Assembly: GCA_963796055.1 (NCBI GenBank)
Contig: CAWCKH010000004.1
Span: 192,001 to 256,000, forward strand
Length of the DNA: 64,000 nt
Direction: 5' to 3'
Source: an uncultured delta proteobacterium
GTDB lineage: Bacteria > Myxococcota > Myxococcia > Myxococcales > Myxococcaceae
The translations under genes and the position numbers were made by a program. This document shows, piece by piece, positions 44,201 through 52,971 of the stretch. The notes under the pieces were generated by a model. The model was given only the letters and a program-made list of their open reading frames with translations, was not told the origin of the DNA and ran no database searches. How positions within the stretch are numbered: position 1 is the first letter of the stretch; each line of letters starts with the position of its first letter.

Positions 44201-44498
44201 GCAGTCGGCGACGACTCCACCGGCTGCGCCCACGAGGTTGGCGGTGAATGCGAGCAAGCGGGGGCGGATCAACCTGCGCTGGACGCAGTCCACCACACCT
44301 GGCGTCACCCAGAACGGCATCTACCGTCGAACCAGCACTGGGACCTACGGCGCGACGCCCACGGTGACCATCCCTGCCGGAACGTCCTATCAGGACAACG
44401 GGCTCATCAGCCGCACGAGCTACTGCTACGTCGTCACTGCATTCGGAAGTGGCGGCGAGAGCGCGCGATCCAACGAGTCCTGCGCCACCGCGAAGTAG
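41253..44498 (+). CDS. Secreted galactose/glyoxal oxidase-like (AA5) copper radical oxidase with PKD, Ig-like and four FN3 domains
   Basis: AGGAGG RBS, signal peptide; VFCSG, RWY, RLYHS, VTHAF, APPGYYMLF; YSWVFPGG (PKD); TGLTNGTTYFYVVSA repeats. Confidence 0.9.
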   Translation: MEWRLVVALLTVGAAAGFPTGARAQTCPANVPHLNGQWVTLPYQMPINPISATLLHTGQVLIVSGSENDARNNSQGSESYRNAVWDPTGTTQSSIAVQDIEYDVFCSGVAVLPDGRAFVVGGTSDYSFTGENRSSIFDPLTNSFLQSQSMVDGRWYATITTLGDGRVMAWSGIKLTGGTNNTVEIYDLKNAGAGWSSPTAAPVTPPLYPRMFLLPGGKVFYTGHGSGGSNANGYFFDPVARTWTISAPTTRNRSYGTAVLLPLLPPAYTPKIMALGGGDNPATSSTETIDLSVTPPVWTPGPDMSTGRIQMDAVLLPDGRVLALGGSVNNEAPDGPGKTADLFNPATGTVSLGGGGTASYSRLYHSAALLLPDARVMSIGSNPGGRGSYQPAMEIYTPPYLFDANDRLVTNRPNITGVSPSSGAIGYGAPFSVSYTSTSPISSAVLVRPGSVTHAFDFEQRLIGLCGPSPQPACSGSGTLNLTTPPDGNIAPPGYYMLFLLDSNGVPSKAQFIQLSLYGTAPPVGAIATPASDVTIAAGGSVSFSAGTVASKYSWVFPGGSPGTSTAQNPGNVTFSSPGEYTTSLTVIDASGNSDPSPPTRTITVTPPTADFEIEMSQDSKTVNPGQSTTFTVTVTPASGFAGTVSLSVGSESGFPTGITSGGFSPATITGSGSSTLTMNTTTATVPYALSLTITGTSGTLTHTTSTTLLITLAPPASLAATPGNGQVSLSWAASVGASSYHLKRATVSGGPYGSVGCTTSNNFTDTGLTNGTTYFYVVSAGYTGGPNAGGESADSSQASATPQPAIPPVPTGLTATPGNTQVSLSWNASSGAASYNVKRATVSGGPYNTIASPTSTSYTNTGLTNGTTYFYVVSAVNAAGQSGNSSQVSATPQPAIPPIPTGLAASAGDAQVGLSWNASTGATSYNLKRATVSGGPYTTIASPTSTSYTNTGLTNGTTYFYVVSAVNSSGESGNSSQVSATPQSATTPPAAPTRLAVNASKRGRINLRWTQSTTPGVTQNGIYRRTSTGTYGATPTVTIPAGTSYQDNGLISRTSYCYVVTAFGSGGESARSNESCATAK
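43651..44200 (+). repeat. Near-identical tandem FN3 units, 270-bp period
   Basis: gcgccacgcc(c/g)cag recurs at 43651, 43921 and 44191 with long identical stretches between. Confidence 0.9.
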
Positions 44499-44588
44499 AA
44501 GAAGCAGGAATGCCCATGGGCCAGCGGGCCCGGTCGTATTCTCGTCCACCGGGGACGGACGAGGCGTCCGTCGGGGCCGCGGGGCGAG

Positions 44589-44876
44589 ATGCTCTCCGAC
44601 TCGAAGGAACGATACGCCGAGGATTCCCGGGCGCATGCCCGGAGCTCTCTCTCGGTGATCTACGCCGCGGCGAAGGAGAACGGCGTCACCTGCGACTGCA
44701 TCACCGAGACGAGCTCTCATCCCTACGCGGTGATCGTGGAAACGGCTGAGAAGAAGGGCTGTGACCTCATCATGATGGCCTCGCACGGGCGGCGAGGGAT
44801 GCAGGCCTTGCTGATCGGGAGTGAGACCACCAAGGTGCTGACCCACACCAAGATCCCGGTGCTCGTCCTTCGCTGA
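44589..44876 (+). pseudogene. 5'-truncated universal stress protein
   Basis: CDLIMMASHGRRG..LLIGSETTKVLTHTKIPVLV; N-terminal strand absent. Confidence 0.75.
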
Positions 44877-44959
44877 CCTCAGACCAAGGCGCGAATCGGA
44901 GCTGGGCCTGGCCGCCTACGAGGCTCCGAAGCCCCGATCGCGCGCGAAGACGATGGCAG

Positions 44960-45085
44960 GCCCTCGGTGAGCAAGGCCAGCACCTCGCGCTCCCTCTGGG
45001 TCAGGGCCTGGAAGACCGGACCCTCCGGGCCCATGGCCCGGCGCAGTCCGGTGAACTCGAGAACGGCGGCGCAGAACCGTCTTAC
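44960..45085 (-). pseudogene. Fragment spanning the hydrolase-LuxR junction
   Basis: RRFCAAVLEFTG...FQALTQREREVLALLTEGL, then the HTH breaks off. Confidence 0.65.
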
Positions 45086-45828
45086 CGCGGCGCGAAGGCG
45101 ATCGGCCACGGATGCCAGTCCGGAGCGATCGCGAAGTCACCCGCCGGGAGGCAGTGTCCGCCTTCGAAGGTGATCGGCTCGCCTCCGGTCGACGGGAATC
45201 CGTCGCACGATTCGGCGGAGAGTGTGTAGATGAGGTGGATCTCGTGCTCACCGACCGAGAGCGGGTGGAAGATCGGGACGTACGCGATCCACTGTCCGTC
45301 GTCGATCGCCGTCGTGCCGAGCCCACCGGAGCCCCAGAACTCTGCGATGGTCATGATGCGCTCGAGCTGCGCCGGATTGCGGAACTCGTACGTACGCTCC
45401 TGGTGCGTGCCGGGATCAACGACGACCCGGAACATCACGAACTTCGAGATGAAGTCCGCGGTCGGATCATCGGGGAAGCTGGTGACGTAGCCGGGGTGGT
45501 ACGTGAGTGGCAGGCCCGGCAACCCTCCGGCCGCATTCACACCCCAGCCGACGGGAAGGGTCCACCAGTTCCCGGCCGGCACCGGCGCGCCACCAAAGTA
45601 GGCCGGGAAGGCCCAAGCCGCAGTGACGCCCGTGGCGGCGCAGAGGTCGACGCCCCACGGCGCCGTGCAGAGTGCGGGTGCCTTCGGCCCGCCAGGATCT
45701 CCCTTGAGAGAATGAGAAGTACTCCCGACGGTATCGCGTTGTCCCGTCACGCCGTTCTCCGGGACTGTTCCGCCGCAGCCGAACACCATCGAAATCGCTA
45801 ATGCGACCACACCACGATGAATCATCAT
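45082..45828 (-). CDS. Hypothetical lipoprotein
   Basis: GAGGGAGG RBS; MMIHRGVVALAISMVFGC lipobox. Confidence 0.7.
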   Translation of the reverse strand: MMIHRGVVALAISMVFGCGGTVPENGVTGQRDTVGSTSHSLKGDPGGPKAPALCTAPWGVDLCAATGVTAAWAFPAYFGGAPVPAGNWWTLPVGWGVNAAGGLPGLPLTYHPGYVTSFPDDPTADFISKFVMFRVVVDPGTHQERTYEFRNPAQLERIMTIAEFWGSGGLGTTAIDDGQWIAYVPIFHPLSVGEHEIHLIYTLSAESCDGFPSTGGEPITFEGGHCLPAGDFAIAPDWHPWPIAFAPR

Positions 45829-46066
45829 GACGGCCGCCTCCCTCGCGCCCAGGAGCACGACGGCCAGCGACGGAGGCGCGGACCGGGCTGGCTGCACTTC
45901 AGCCTGAACGACTCACGGCTGAGACAGCGCAGGTTTTGCGTGCCAGAGACGCACAACCGAATCACCATCGCGCTCTGCGCATACTTTGCTCTGCAGAACG
46001 CCTGTATCTGCAAACGCGGGACCTCAGAAGAAAACGGGTGGCTCTCCCGAACGCGCGCACGCGAGG

Positions 46067-46540
46067 CCCGGCAGTCGAACTCGTTGTAGCGCTCGATCTC
46101 CCAGCTCCACCTCCCGCATCTCCACCCCGCCCCGCCGTGCCTCCGCCGCGGCGCTCCACGCGCCCACCACGGCCCCGAGCCCGTCCGCCCAGGACGTCCC
46201 GTGCGTGCATCGCCTTCCCGATGGCCTTCAGCCCGAACCCGAGCGCGCCGCGGACGATGAGCGGCTCCTTCCGGACCACGAGGTTCAGGAAGTCGAAGAA
46301 GCCGCGGGTGTCCGGCCACCCTCGGTCGGGGTGCCGGGCCCTGGCCGAGTTGTACGCCGTGGCGTAGGCCGACTCCTCTGCTGGACTCCAGTGGAACACC
46401 CGCGGCGAGCCGACGAAGCCGAGGCACCGCTTCACCTCTTCCATGTGCCCGAGCCAGCGCTATTCCCTCGGCGCTCTCTCGGGTCTGCGCGTCGGCGGTG
46501 AAGCGCCGGAACACGAACCGGCCGTCCTCGAGATGACCGC
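46067..46540 (-). repeat. Nuclease-3'-end repeat, copy 2 (pseudogene fragment)
   Basis: GRFVFRRFTADA...VFHWSPAEESAYATAYNSA...GFGLKAIGKAMH...IERYNEFDCR; frameshifted. Confidence 0.95.
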
Positions 46541-46599
46541 GGCATTGAAGCATCCAATCGTGGCGCCCACGCCGTGCTTGGACGTAAGAAATCTTCAGT

Positions 46600-46743
46600 A
46601 TGGCGTTGACCCCACTCAATTCCCTGAACGGGTTCATCGCCGTCGCTCGCCGGCGCAGTTACGCCGCTGCCGCCAGGGAGCTCGGGGTGTCGACCTCCGC
46701 GCTGAGCCAGTCGGTCCGGCAGCTCGAGAGGCGGCGCGTGTGA
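46600..46743 (+). pseudogene. Truncated LysR regulator (HTH only)
   Basis: MALTPLNSLNGFIAVARRRSYAAAARELGVSTSALSQSVRQLERRRV*. Confidence 0.8.
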
Positions 46744-47019
46744 CCCCGCGACGGGGGTGCGACGGACGTCGAGCATTAGGATCGGCTGAAGGTTCGGATA
46801 AGGGCCCCTCGCTCCGTGACCATTCGCTTGACCCTTGCCTCTTGTAGGCACAGCCTTCACGGCGGCTCCGCGGCGAGAGGCCGTCCCGGCATACGCGAGG
46901 CACTCTTAGTCTTTCCCGGGCCCCTCTTGACGCCACCGCTGGCTGGCCTCAGCGCCTGGTTCGGACCACGCCGCTCGCCGACCCGCGCTCGGCCGGCCAG
47001 CCGCGCAGGGAGGAGAGCG

Positions 47020-48081
47020 ATGAGACACACGCGCGCAATCGTCACTCAGTACGGCGGACCCGATGCACTCCAGGTGGTCGAAGAGGAGTGCCCCGAGCCG
47101 AAGGATGGTGAGGTGCGGGTGAGAGTGCTGGCCGCAGGCGTCTCGTTGCCCGACGTCATGGCGCGCGAGGGCGTTCATCCCGAAACGCCCCCGGTGCCCT
47201 TCACGCCGGGCTGGGATCTGGTTGGCCTCGTGGATCGGCTCGGCCGCAGTGTCTCTGGAATCGAACCAGGGCAGATGGTGGCTGCGTTGCCGATCCACGG
47301 TGCATACGCGGAGTTCGTTTGCCTGCCGCAACAGGAACTCGTCCCGGTGCCGTCCGGGTTGGACGCCGCCGAGGCCGTCAGTCTCGTTCTGAACTACATC
47401 ACGGCGTACCAGATGCTGCATCGTTCCGTGAAGGTCGCCTCGGGCCAGCGCGCGCTGATCCACGGCGCGGCAGGCGGGGTCGGCACGGCGCTCTTGCAGC
47501 TGGGGCGCCTCGTCGGGCTGGAGCTGTACGGGACCTGTTCGTCGCGGAGTGCGCCAGCAGTTTCCGATCTTGCCGGTACCCCGATCGACTACCACCACCA
47601 GGATTACGTCAAAGAGATCCATCGCCTCACCGGCGACGGCGTGGACGTCGTGTTCGACCCCATCGGTGGCGCCCACCTCTGGCATTCCCGCCAGGCTCTC
47701 CGTCCCGGAGGGAGGGTGGTGGGCTATGGCCTTCGTTCATCGCTCCGTGGGGAGGGATTGGCGTCCGGTCGTCCAGGTCGTCGTCAACGCTTTCGTGGAA
47801 CCGCCATGTTCGCGTTGTACATCGCCGGCGGCTGGCTTCTCCCAGGCCACAAACGGGTGGTCCCGTACAGCATCCAGACGCTCAAACGGTTGAAGCCAGA
47901 TTTCTTTCGAGCGGACTTGATTGCCCTGTTTGACCTCCTTCGACAGAAGAAGATCAAGCCGCTCATCGCGCAGCGATTTCCTCTCGCGGAGGCAAGACAC
48001 GCGCAGGAGTTGCTCGCGAAGGGAGGCGTGACGGGCAAGATCGTGCTCGTCCTCAACGGGGCACCTGAGCCGAGCCGGTGA
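47020..48081 (+). CDS. Medium-chain dehydrogenase / quinone oxidoreductase family
   Basis: GGAGGAG RBS; YGGPDAL, PFTPGWD, LIHGAAGGVG, GKIVL. Confidence 0.92.
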   Translation: MRHTRAIVTQYGGPDALQVVEEECPEPKDGEVRVRVLAAGVSLPDVMAREGVHPETPPVPFTPGWDLVGLVDRLGRSVSGIEPGQMVAALPIHGAYAEFVCLPQQELVPVPSGLDAAEAVSLVLNYITAYQMLHRSVKVASGQRALIHGAAGGVGTALLQLGRLVGLELYGTCSSRSAPAVSDLAGTPIDYHHQDYVKEIHRLTGDGVDVVFDPIGGAHLWHSRQALRPGGRVVGYGLRSSLRGEGLASGRPGRRQRFRGTAMFALYIAGGWLLPGHKRVVPYSIQTLKRLKPDFFRADLIALFDLLRQKKIKPLIAQRFPLAEARHAQELLAKGGVTGKIVLVLNGAPEPSR

Positions 48082-48127
48082 GGGCCTCACCGGCCCGGAG
48101 CCGCATCGATCTGGGCTAGCAGCGCAA

Positions 48128-48273
48128 CTTCAGCCCGAACCCGAGCGCGCCGCGGACGACGACCGGCTCCTTCCGGACCACGAGGTTCAGGAAGTGGAAG
48201 AGCCGCGGGTCCGGCCACGCACGGTCGGGGTGCCGAGCCTTGGCCGAGTTGTACGCCGTGGCGTAGACCGACT
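48128..48273 (-). repeat. Nuclease-3'-end repeat, copy 3
   Basis: SVYATAYNSAKARHPDRAWPDPRLFHFLNLVVRKEPVVVRGALGFGLK. Confidence 0.95.
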
Positions 48274-48299
48274 TCGTCAACGGCCCGGCGGTGTGCCAG

Positions 48300-48875
48300 G
48301 CACGACTGCTGGACCCGCATGCCGCGAATGTCCCCGACGTAGACCGAGCCGTCCCGGGAGACGGCCAGGTCATGCACGAGCGCGAACTGCCCATCGTAGT
48401 TTCCCCAGCGGCCAATTCGTTCGAGGACTTCCCCCGTAGCGGTGGCCACCACCAATGCCGAGCGGTTCGGCGGGTTCACCGGCTGGTCTCCACCGTCTGC
48501 GACGAACCAACGGCCGTCGGGGCCCAGCGCCAGTCCGTATGGTCGTCCGAGCGCCTCTGACTTCCACTGGGCAAGAAACTGGCCGTCTGGGGTGAAGACC
48601 TGTACGCGCGCATTGCCCCGGTCGGCAACGTCTACTCGGCCGGTCGCGTCGACGGCGATGCTGTGCGGCGTGTCGAACTGTCCGGGGCCCTCCCGGGCGT
48701 GCCCCACTGTGAAGAGGAAACGCCCGTCGACAGCGAACTTCATGACCCGCGTGTTCCTGTATCCGTCGGCCACATAGAACGAGCCGTCGTTCAGCACCGC
48801 GACGTCTGTCGGGCGGTCGAAATGCGCAGTGTCTGCACCAGGGACACCTCGTTCCCCGAGGACGAGGAGGCGCTT
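48300..48875 (-). pseudogene. C-terminal half of an NHL-repeat protein (peptidylglycine amidating lyase-like)
   Basis: FDRPTDVAV, VADGYRN, GQFDTPHSIA, VADRGNARVQVF, GRPYGL; N-terminus replaced by unrelated sequence. Confidence 0.8.
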
Positions 48876-48988
48876 GCCACCTCCGGAAACGGTCGAGCGG
48901 CTCGGAAACTGCGAGGTCGAGGTCCTCCGTTTGCCGGAGGCGATCTCGCTGGCCAGGGCGAGGGTACGTTCCGCGGAGTCCTCGTCGC

Positions 48989-49435
48989 TCATCTCGCAAA
49001 CCGACCCCGCGCCTGAAAGCGACGGGACAGCCGGAGTGCGAGGAGGACGCGGTCCCGCGCGCTCATCGCGCGAAGCCGGGCCTGCTGCGAGGCTGCCGCA
49101 GCCTCGGCGCTGCGGCTCCGACGTGCTGGCATCGCGATCTGGCGACGGGCTCGATCGCGGCGGGCAGCGTGGGGAACCAGCTCGAGGTGGCAGTCCACGG
49201 CGGACGCCAGCTTCAGGACCGTCGTCATCGTCGGATTGCTGCCTGCCTCGGTGAGAAGCCGCCGAACGATCTCCGGCTTCGCGTCGATGCGCCGGGCCAG
49301 ATCCGCCTTGGTCAACCCGGACCGCTCCCTTGCCTGGTCGAGCGCCCGGATGAGCGTGTCGACCGCGTCGATCTCAGCCCGTGCCTGCCCATACTCGCCG
49401 GCAAAGCTTGCACCCGTCTTGGTCCGGGCAGCCAT
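48989..49435 (-). CDS. XRE-family HTH antitoxin-like protein, in frame with a probable second small gene (MPARRS...)
   Basis: ARERSGLTKADLARRI...NPTMTTVLKLASAV; tail MSARDRVLLALRLS with an ATGA overlap into a truncated ORF. Confidence 0.7.
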   Translation of the reverse strand: MAARTKTGASFAGEYGQARAEIDAVDTLIRALDQARERSGLTKADLARRIDAKPEIVRRLLTEAGSNPTMTTVLKLASAVDCHLELVPHAARRDRARRQIAMPARRSRSAEAAAASQQARLRAMSARDRVLLALRLSRRFQARGRFAR

Positions 49436-49444
49436 GCGAGGACC

Positions 49445-49460
49445 GTAACCCATATGTTAC
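49445..49460. promoter_or_regulatory. Inverted repeat GTAAC-N6-GTTAC, probable autoregulatory operator
   Basis: gtaacccatatgttac, about 10 bp upstream of the HTH gene start. Confidence 0.55.
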
Positions 49461-49490
49461 GCCAGGGCAAGTGGTGTCCATCTCACGTCT

Positions 49491-49736
49491 ATCGCGCTGA
49501 GCTCGACGCGAGGGAGCCGTCCGTAGGACTGTCGCACGCGGCGCTTGTCGACGGATCGGACCTGGTCGCTGAGAGCGAACGAGCGCTGACGGAGCCCGCT
49601 CCGGCCTGGCGACAGCGCCGGATACAGTCCCGCCGATTCCCGCGCTGCGAGTCGCCGGGACCAGCGCGATCAGCGGAAAGCGTTGGCCCGCGTTGACCGT
49701 GGGGTCACTGACGACGACGCACGGTCGAAACCCGCG
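49491..49736 (-). pseudogene. Truncated, frameshifted duplicate of the PemK/MazF toxin gene (58502-58746)
   Basis: Near-identical DNA over about 245 bp with a 1-nt insertion near 49628; both ends missing. Confidence 0.92.
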
Positions 49737-49800
49737 ACCCGGACACGTGCCCGGCCAGCGCTCGATCAGCTCCGCGTTGCCGACGAGCTGGTCGAGCAGG

Positions 49801-50052
49801 TCACCCGTTCTTCGTTGCCGCGATGGTCAGCCAGGTGACGATCTCCGGAGCCGGCGCTACTCGCCCGGAGCACTTCACCTGGCCGTCGATGACGAGCACC
49901 GGCGTCGCCATCACGCCATACTTCATGATCTCGTCGATCTTCTCCACCTTTTCGAGGCTGGCAGGGAGCCCCGACTGCGCGACGGCCTTCTCGACCTCGG
50001 CATAGAGCTTCTTGCACCTCACACAGCCGGGTCCGAGCACCTTCACGTCCAT
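49801..50052 (-). CDS. Small thioredoxin-like redox-active disulfide protein
   Basis: KVLGPGCVRC, YGVMATPVLVIDG; GAGGAG RBS. Confidence 0.9.
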   Translation of the reverse strand: MDVKVLGPGCVRCKKLYAEVEKAVAQSGLPASLEKVEKIDEIMKYGVMATPVLVIDGQVKCSGRVAPAPEIVTWLTIAATKNG

Positions 50053-50062
50053 GGCGAGCTCC

Positions 50063-51130
50063 TCACAGAACGAGGTTGAAGAGATACCCGACCACCAGGA
50101 TTCCGGCGGCGACGACCCCGGCGAAGGTCACGATGAGGGGAAGCCTGAGTACCTTGCGCAGGATGATCATCTCTGGCAGCGACAGCCCGATGACCGACAT
50201 CATGAAGGCGAGGACGGTGCCCAGGGCGGCGCCCTTCCCGAGCAGGGCCTGCACCACGGGGATGATGCCCGCCGCGTTCGAGTACATCGGCACGCCGATC
50301 ACCACGGCGAGCGGCACCGACCACCAGGAGCCCTTGCCCATGATGGAGGCCATGAAGTCCTCTGGCACGTAGCCGTGGATGCCGGCGCCGACGGCGATTC
50401 CACCGACGACATAGGGCCAGACCTTGCCGACGATGTCCCTGACCGCTTCTCGCCCCGCTCGCACGCGGTCGGTCCCGGTCATTGGCGCTTCACCCACGGC
50501 ACCAGCTGTCCCCACGGGCGTCTGGTAGACCCAGCCCTCCACCCAGCGCTCGAGCTTCAATCGGCCGATGATCCAGCCCGAGACCATCGCAATGACCAGG
50601 CCCGTGCCGAGGTACAGCGCAGCGACCTTCCAGCCAAAGAGGCCGAACAGCAGCACGAGCGCGACCTCGTTGACCATCGGCGCCGAGATCAGGAACGAGA
50701 ACGTCACCCCCAGTGGGACCCCGGTGGTCACGAAGCCAATGAAGAGCGGCACTGCCGAGCAGGAGCAGAACGGTGTGACGACGCCAAGGAATGACGCGAG
50801 CACGTTCCCGGCCGTCTCGCGCTTCCCCGCGAGGATGCGGCGCGTACGTTCGGGCGTGAAGAACGAGCGGATGATGCCGACGCCGAAGACCACGAGGGTC
50901 AGCAGCATCAGCACCTTCGGCACCTCGAAGACGAAGAACTCGACGGCTGTCGCCAGGTGGCTGCCGGACGCCATCGAGAACAGGGTGTAGGTCGTCCATC
51001 TGGCGAAGGGTTCGAGGTGCGTGAAGACGGCCCACCAGGCAGCCACCACGACCAGCGCAAGAAAGCCTCGAGACCGGCGACCGACGGTCGGTCCGGCACC
51101 CTCGCCCGGGCCTCCGTTCGCGACGGTCAT
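50063..51130 (-). CDS. ArsP/DUF318-family permease
   Basis: TPFCSCSAVP, SFLISAPMVNE, GVPMYSN, LSLPE. Confidence 0.9.
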   Translation of the reverse strand: MTVANGGPGEGAGPTVGRRSRGFLALVVVAAWWAVFTHLEPFARWTTYTLFSMASGSHLATAVEFFVFEVPKVLMLLTLVVFGVGIIRSFFTPERTRRILAGKRETAGNVLASFLGVVTPFCSCSAVPLFIGFVTTGVPLGVTFSFLISAPMVNEVALVLLFGLFGWKVAALYLGTGLVIAMVSGWIIGRLKLERWVEGWVYQTPVGTAGAVGEAPMTGTDRVRAGREAVRDIVGKVWPYVVGGIAVGAGIHGYVPEDFMASIMGKGSWWSVPLAVVIGVPMYSNAAGIIPVVQALLGKGAALGTVLAFMMSVIGLSLPEMIILRKVLRLPLIVTFAGVVAAGILVVGYLFNLVL

Positions 51131-51327
51131 GCGGTTCAGCGCCTCCACAGGCGTGCCGAGGTAGCAAGCACCATGCCCTCGAATGGCGGAGGCGCGCCGG
51201 TCTCGGGTCCGAGTGAGGTTCCGGTGGCTTTCCGCTGCGCAGGAAGCCGCCGTCGAATTCGTGCGCAAACCTTGCGTCGTCGGGGCGGGCCGACACTCAT
51301 GTGCGGGCTCGGTGGGGATGGCCTGGG

Positions 51328-51876
51328 TCATCGACCGCGTCCTGCGCTTCGGCGTGTGAGAGCGCCGTGCACGGCCATCCTCCCCCCGGTCGCCTGCCGC
51401 GCCCGCTTCCTTGGCGCGGACCGCTCCTCCGGCCTGGACTGGGCCCGGAGGTACTCCAGGCTCCCGGGAACATCCCGGACGAGACGAAGGAGCACATCCA
51501 TCGCTCCGGTCTGGACGTTCCTCCGAGACTCCCAGCGGGAGACGGTGTTCGCTCCGAGCCGCAGGAGCTGGGCGAGTTCCGCCTGCTTCAGATCGAGCCG
51601 CTCGCGAAGGTTGCGGATGTCGTCGACCGACAGGAGACCGTACTTCTGTCGGTAGAGCTCCAGGGCATCGTGATGAACCTGCACCGCCTCGTCGAAACGC
51701 AGCATGATCTCGCCACACTTCGGGCACTTCAGAAACGTCGAAGAGACGCTCACCTCTTCGCCGTTGATCGGCAGGCTCCGCCTGCCACGCGCCTGCTTCA
51801 TCATCGTGCCGCAGGTCGGACAGGCGTCGTTCGGAAGAACACGTGGGCGAACTTTTTCACGATGCAGGCTACTCAT
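51328..51876 (-). CDS. MqsA-family antitoxin (Zn-finger + HTH)
   Basis: CPTC...CPKC, then IRNLRERLDLKQAELAQLL..GANTVSRWE. Confidence 0.88.
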   Translation of the reverse strand: MSSLHREKVRPRVLPNDACPTCGTMMKQARGRRSLPINGEEVSVSSTFLKCPKCGEIMLRFDEAVQVHHDALELYRQKYGLLSVDDIRNLRERLDLKQAELAQLLRLGANTVSRWESRRNVQTGAMDVLLRLVRDVPGSLEYLRAQSRPEERSAPRKRARQATGGRMAVHGALTRRSAGRGR

Positions 51877-52189
51877 CGGTCGCTCCTTCATCCTCGTGAA
51901 ACGAGATCACCACGCAAGCATCTCGGAGCACGACCTTGACGTAGAGCCGCTCGCCTCCGACGTCGGGCGTGAAGACATACAGCCACTCGGCCGCCGCTCC
52001 CGAGATTCTCCGGCCGGCCGAATCCCGGGGCGTGAGCGTGGCGAGAATGTCCGCCACATCGGGCGGCGTGAGGCGAAGCGACTCCATTTCTCGCAGGGCC
52101 TTGTCCGTGAACTGGAACGCTCCCGCGCTCGCGAGAACGTGGATGCGCGCGATGGCCTTCTGCAGCCAGCGCGGCACGGTCAGACCCAC
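51869..52189 (-). CDS. MqsR-like type II toxin
   Basis: FTDKA, LYVF, LYVKV, VVISFH; overlaps the MqsA-like gene. Confidence 0.8.
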   Translation of the reverse strand: MGLTVPRWLQKAIARIHVLASAGAFQFTDKALREMESLRLTPPDVADILATLTPRDSAGRRISGAAAEWLYVFTPDVGGERLYVKVVLRDACVVISFHEDEGATDE

Positions 52190-52203
52190 TCACCATATGG
52201 TGA
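52190..52203. promoter_or_regulatory. Perfect 14-bp palindrome TCACCATATGGTGA, probable MqsA-like operator
   Basis: Directly abuts the toxin GTG start. Confidence 0.7.
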
Positions 52204-52380
52204 ATCAACCAGACACGCGCGCCAGCGGGCAAGACCCACCGTGGCGAAGCTGTCCGCCCAGCACAGCCGACCTGTTGCATGAGTTCCCCCCACCGACCCC
52301 GCCCCCCACGCGAAAGAAGTACCAGCGCAGGCTGACGACGGGAGGGTGTTCGACTACTCGCACGCCTGCCGCGGACCGCT

Positions 52381-52875
52381 GGTCAGTGGTGGCTGCGCAG
52401 GTACCCGATGACCGCCGCCATCACCCGGCAGTCGACCTCGCGCCTAGCGCCGCCCAGAGCCACCCCACCCCGCCGTGCCTCCGCCGCGGCGCTCCACGCG
52501 CTTGTACGCCGTGGCGTAGGCCGACTCCTCTGCTGGACTCCAGTGGAACACCCGCGGCGAGCCGACGAAGCCGAGGCGCCGCTGTACCTCCTCCATGTGC
52601 CCGAGCCAGCGCTCGATCACCTCGGCCTCGGCGGCCTCGGTCAGCGCGGCGGCGGTGAAGCACCGGAACACGAACCGGCCGTCCTCACGGTGACCGCAGC
52701 CCAACGTGCCCCCCGTCTCGAAGTCCACGAAGAACTCGAGCGCCTCCGGCCGGCGCCACTGCTCCTCGACGAGGGTGACGGGTGCCGGCTGCCCGCAAGG
52801 ACGCGTGGAGTCGGGCCTCGACCCCGCCCCGCCGTGCGGCGCTCCACGCGCGCACCACCGCCCCGAGCCATCCGT
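52381..52875 (-). repeat. Nuclease-3'-end repeat, copy 4 (52381-52788, internal deletions) plus an extra piece (about 52822-52875)
   Basis: EALEFFVDFET..GCGHREDGRFVFRCF...EVDCRVMAAVIGYLRSHH*. Confidence 0.95.
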
Positions 52876-52971
52876 GGCCTTCCCCTAGGCGACGCGGGGG
52901 GCCGCACAGGCGCGGGGCGGTCGAGCGCCCGCGAAAGGCCGGTGGCCTGGCCCGAGGTGTATGGTCCGTCG

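Noticed and set aside
52408..52971. N-terminal extension of the plus-strand kinase
   Set aside because: It is the antisense reading of repeat copy 4; the paralog fixes the start at MRLA.
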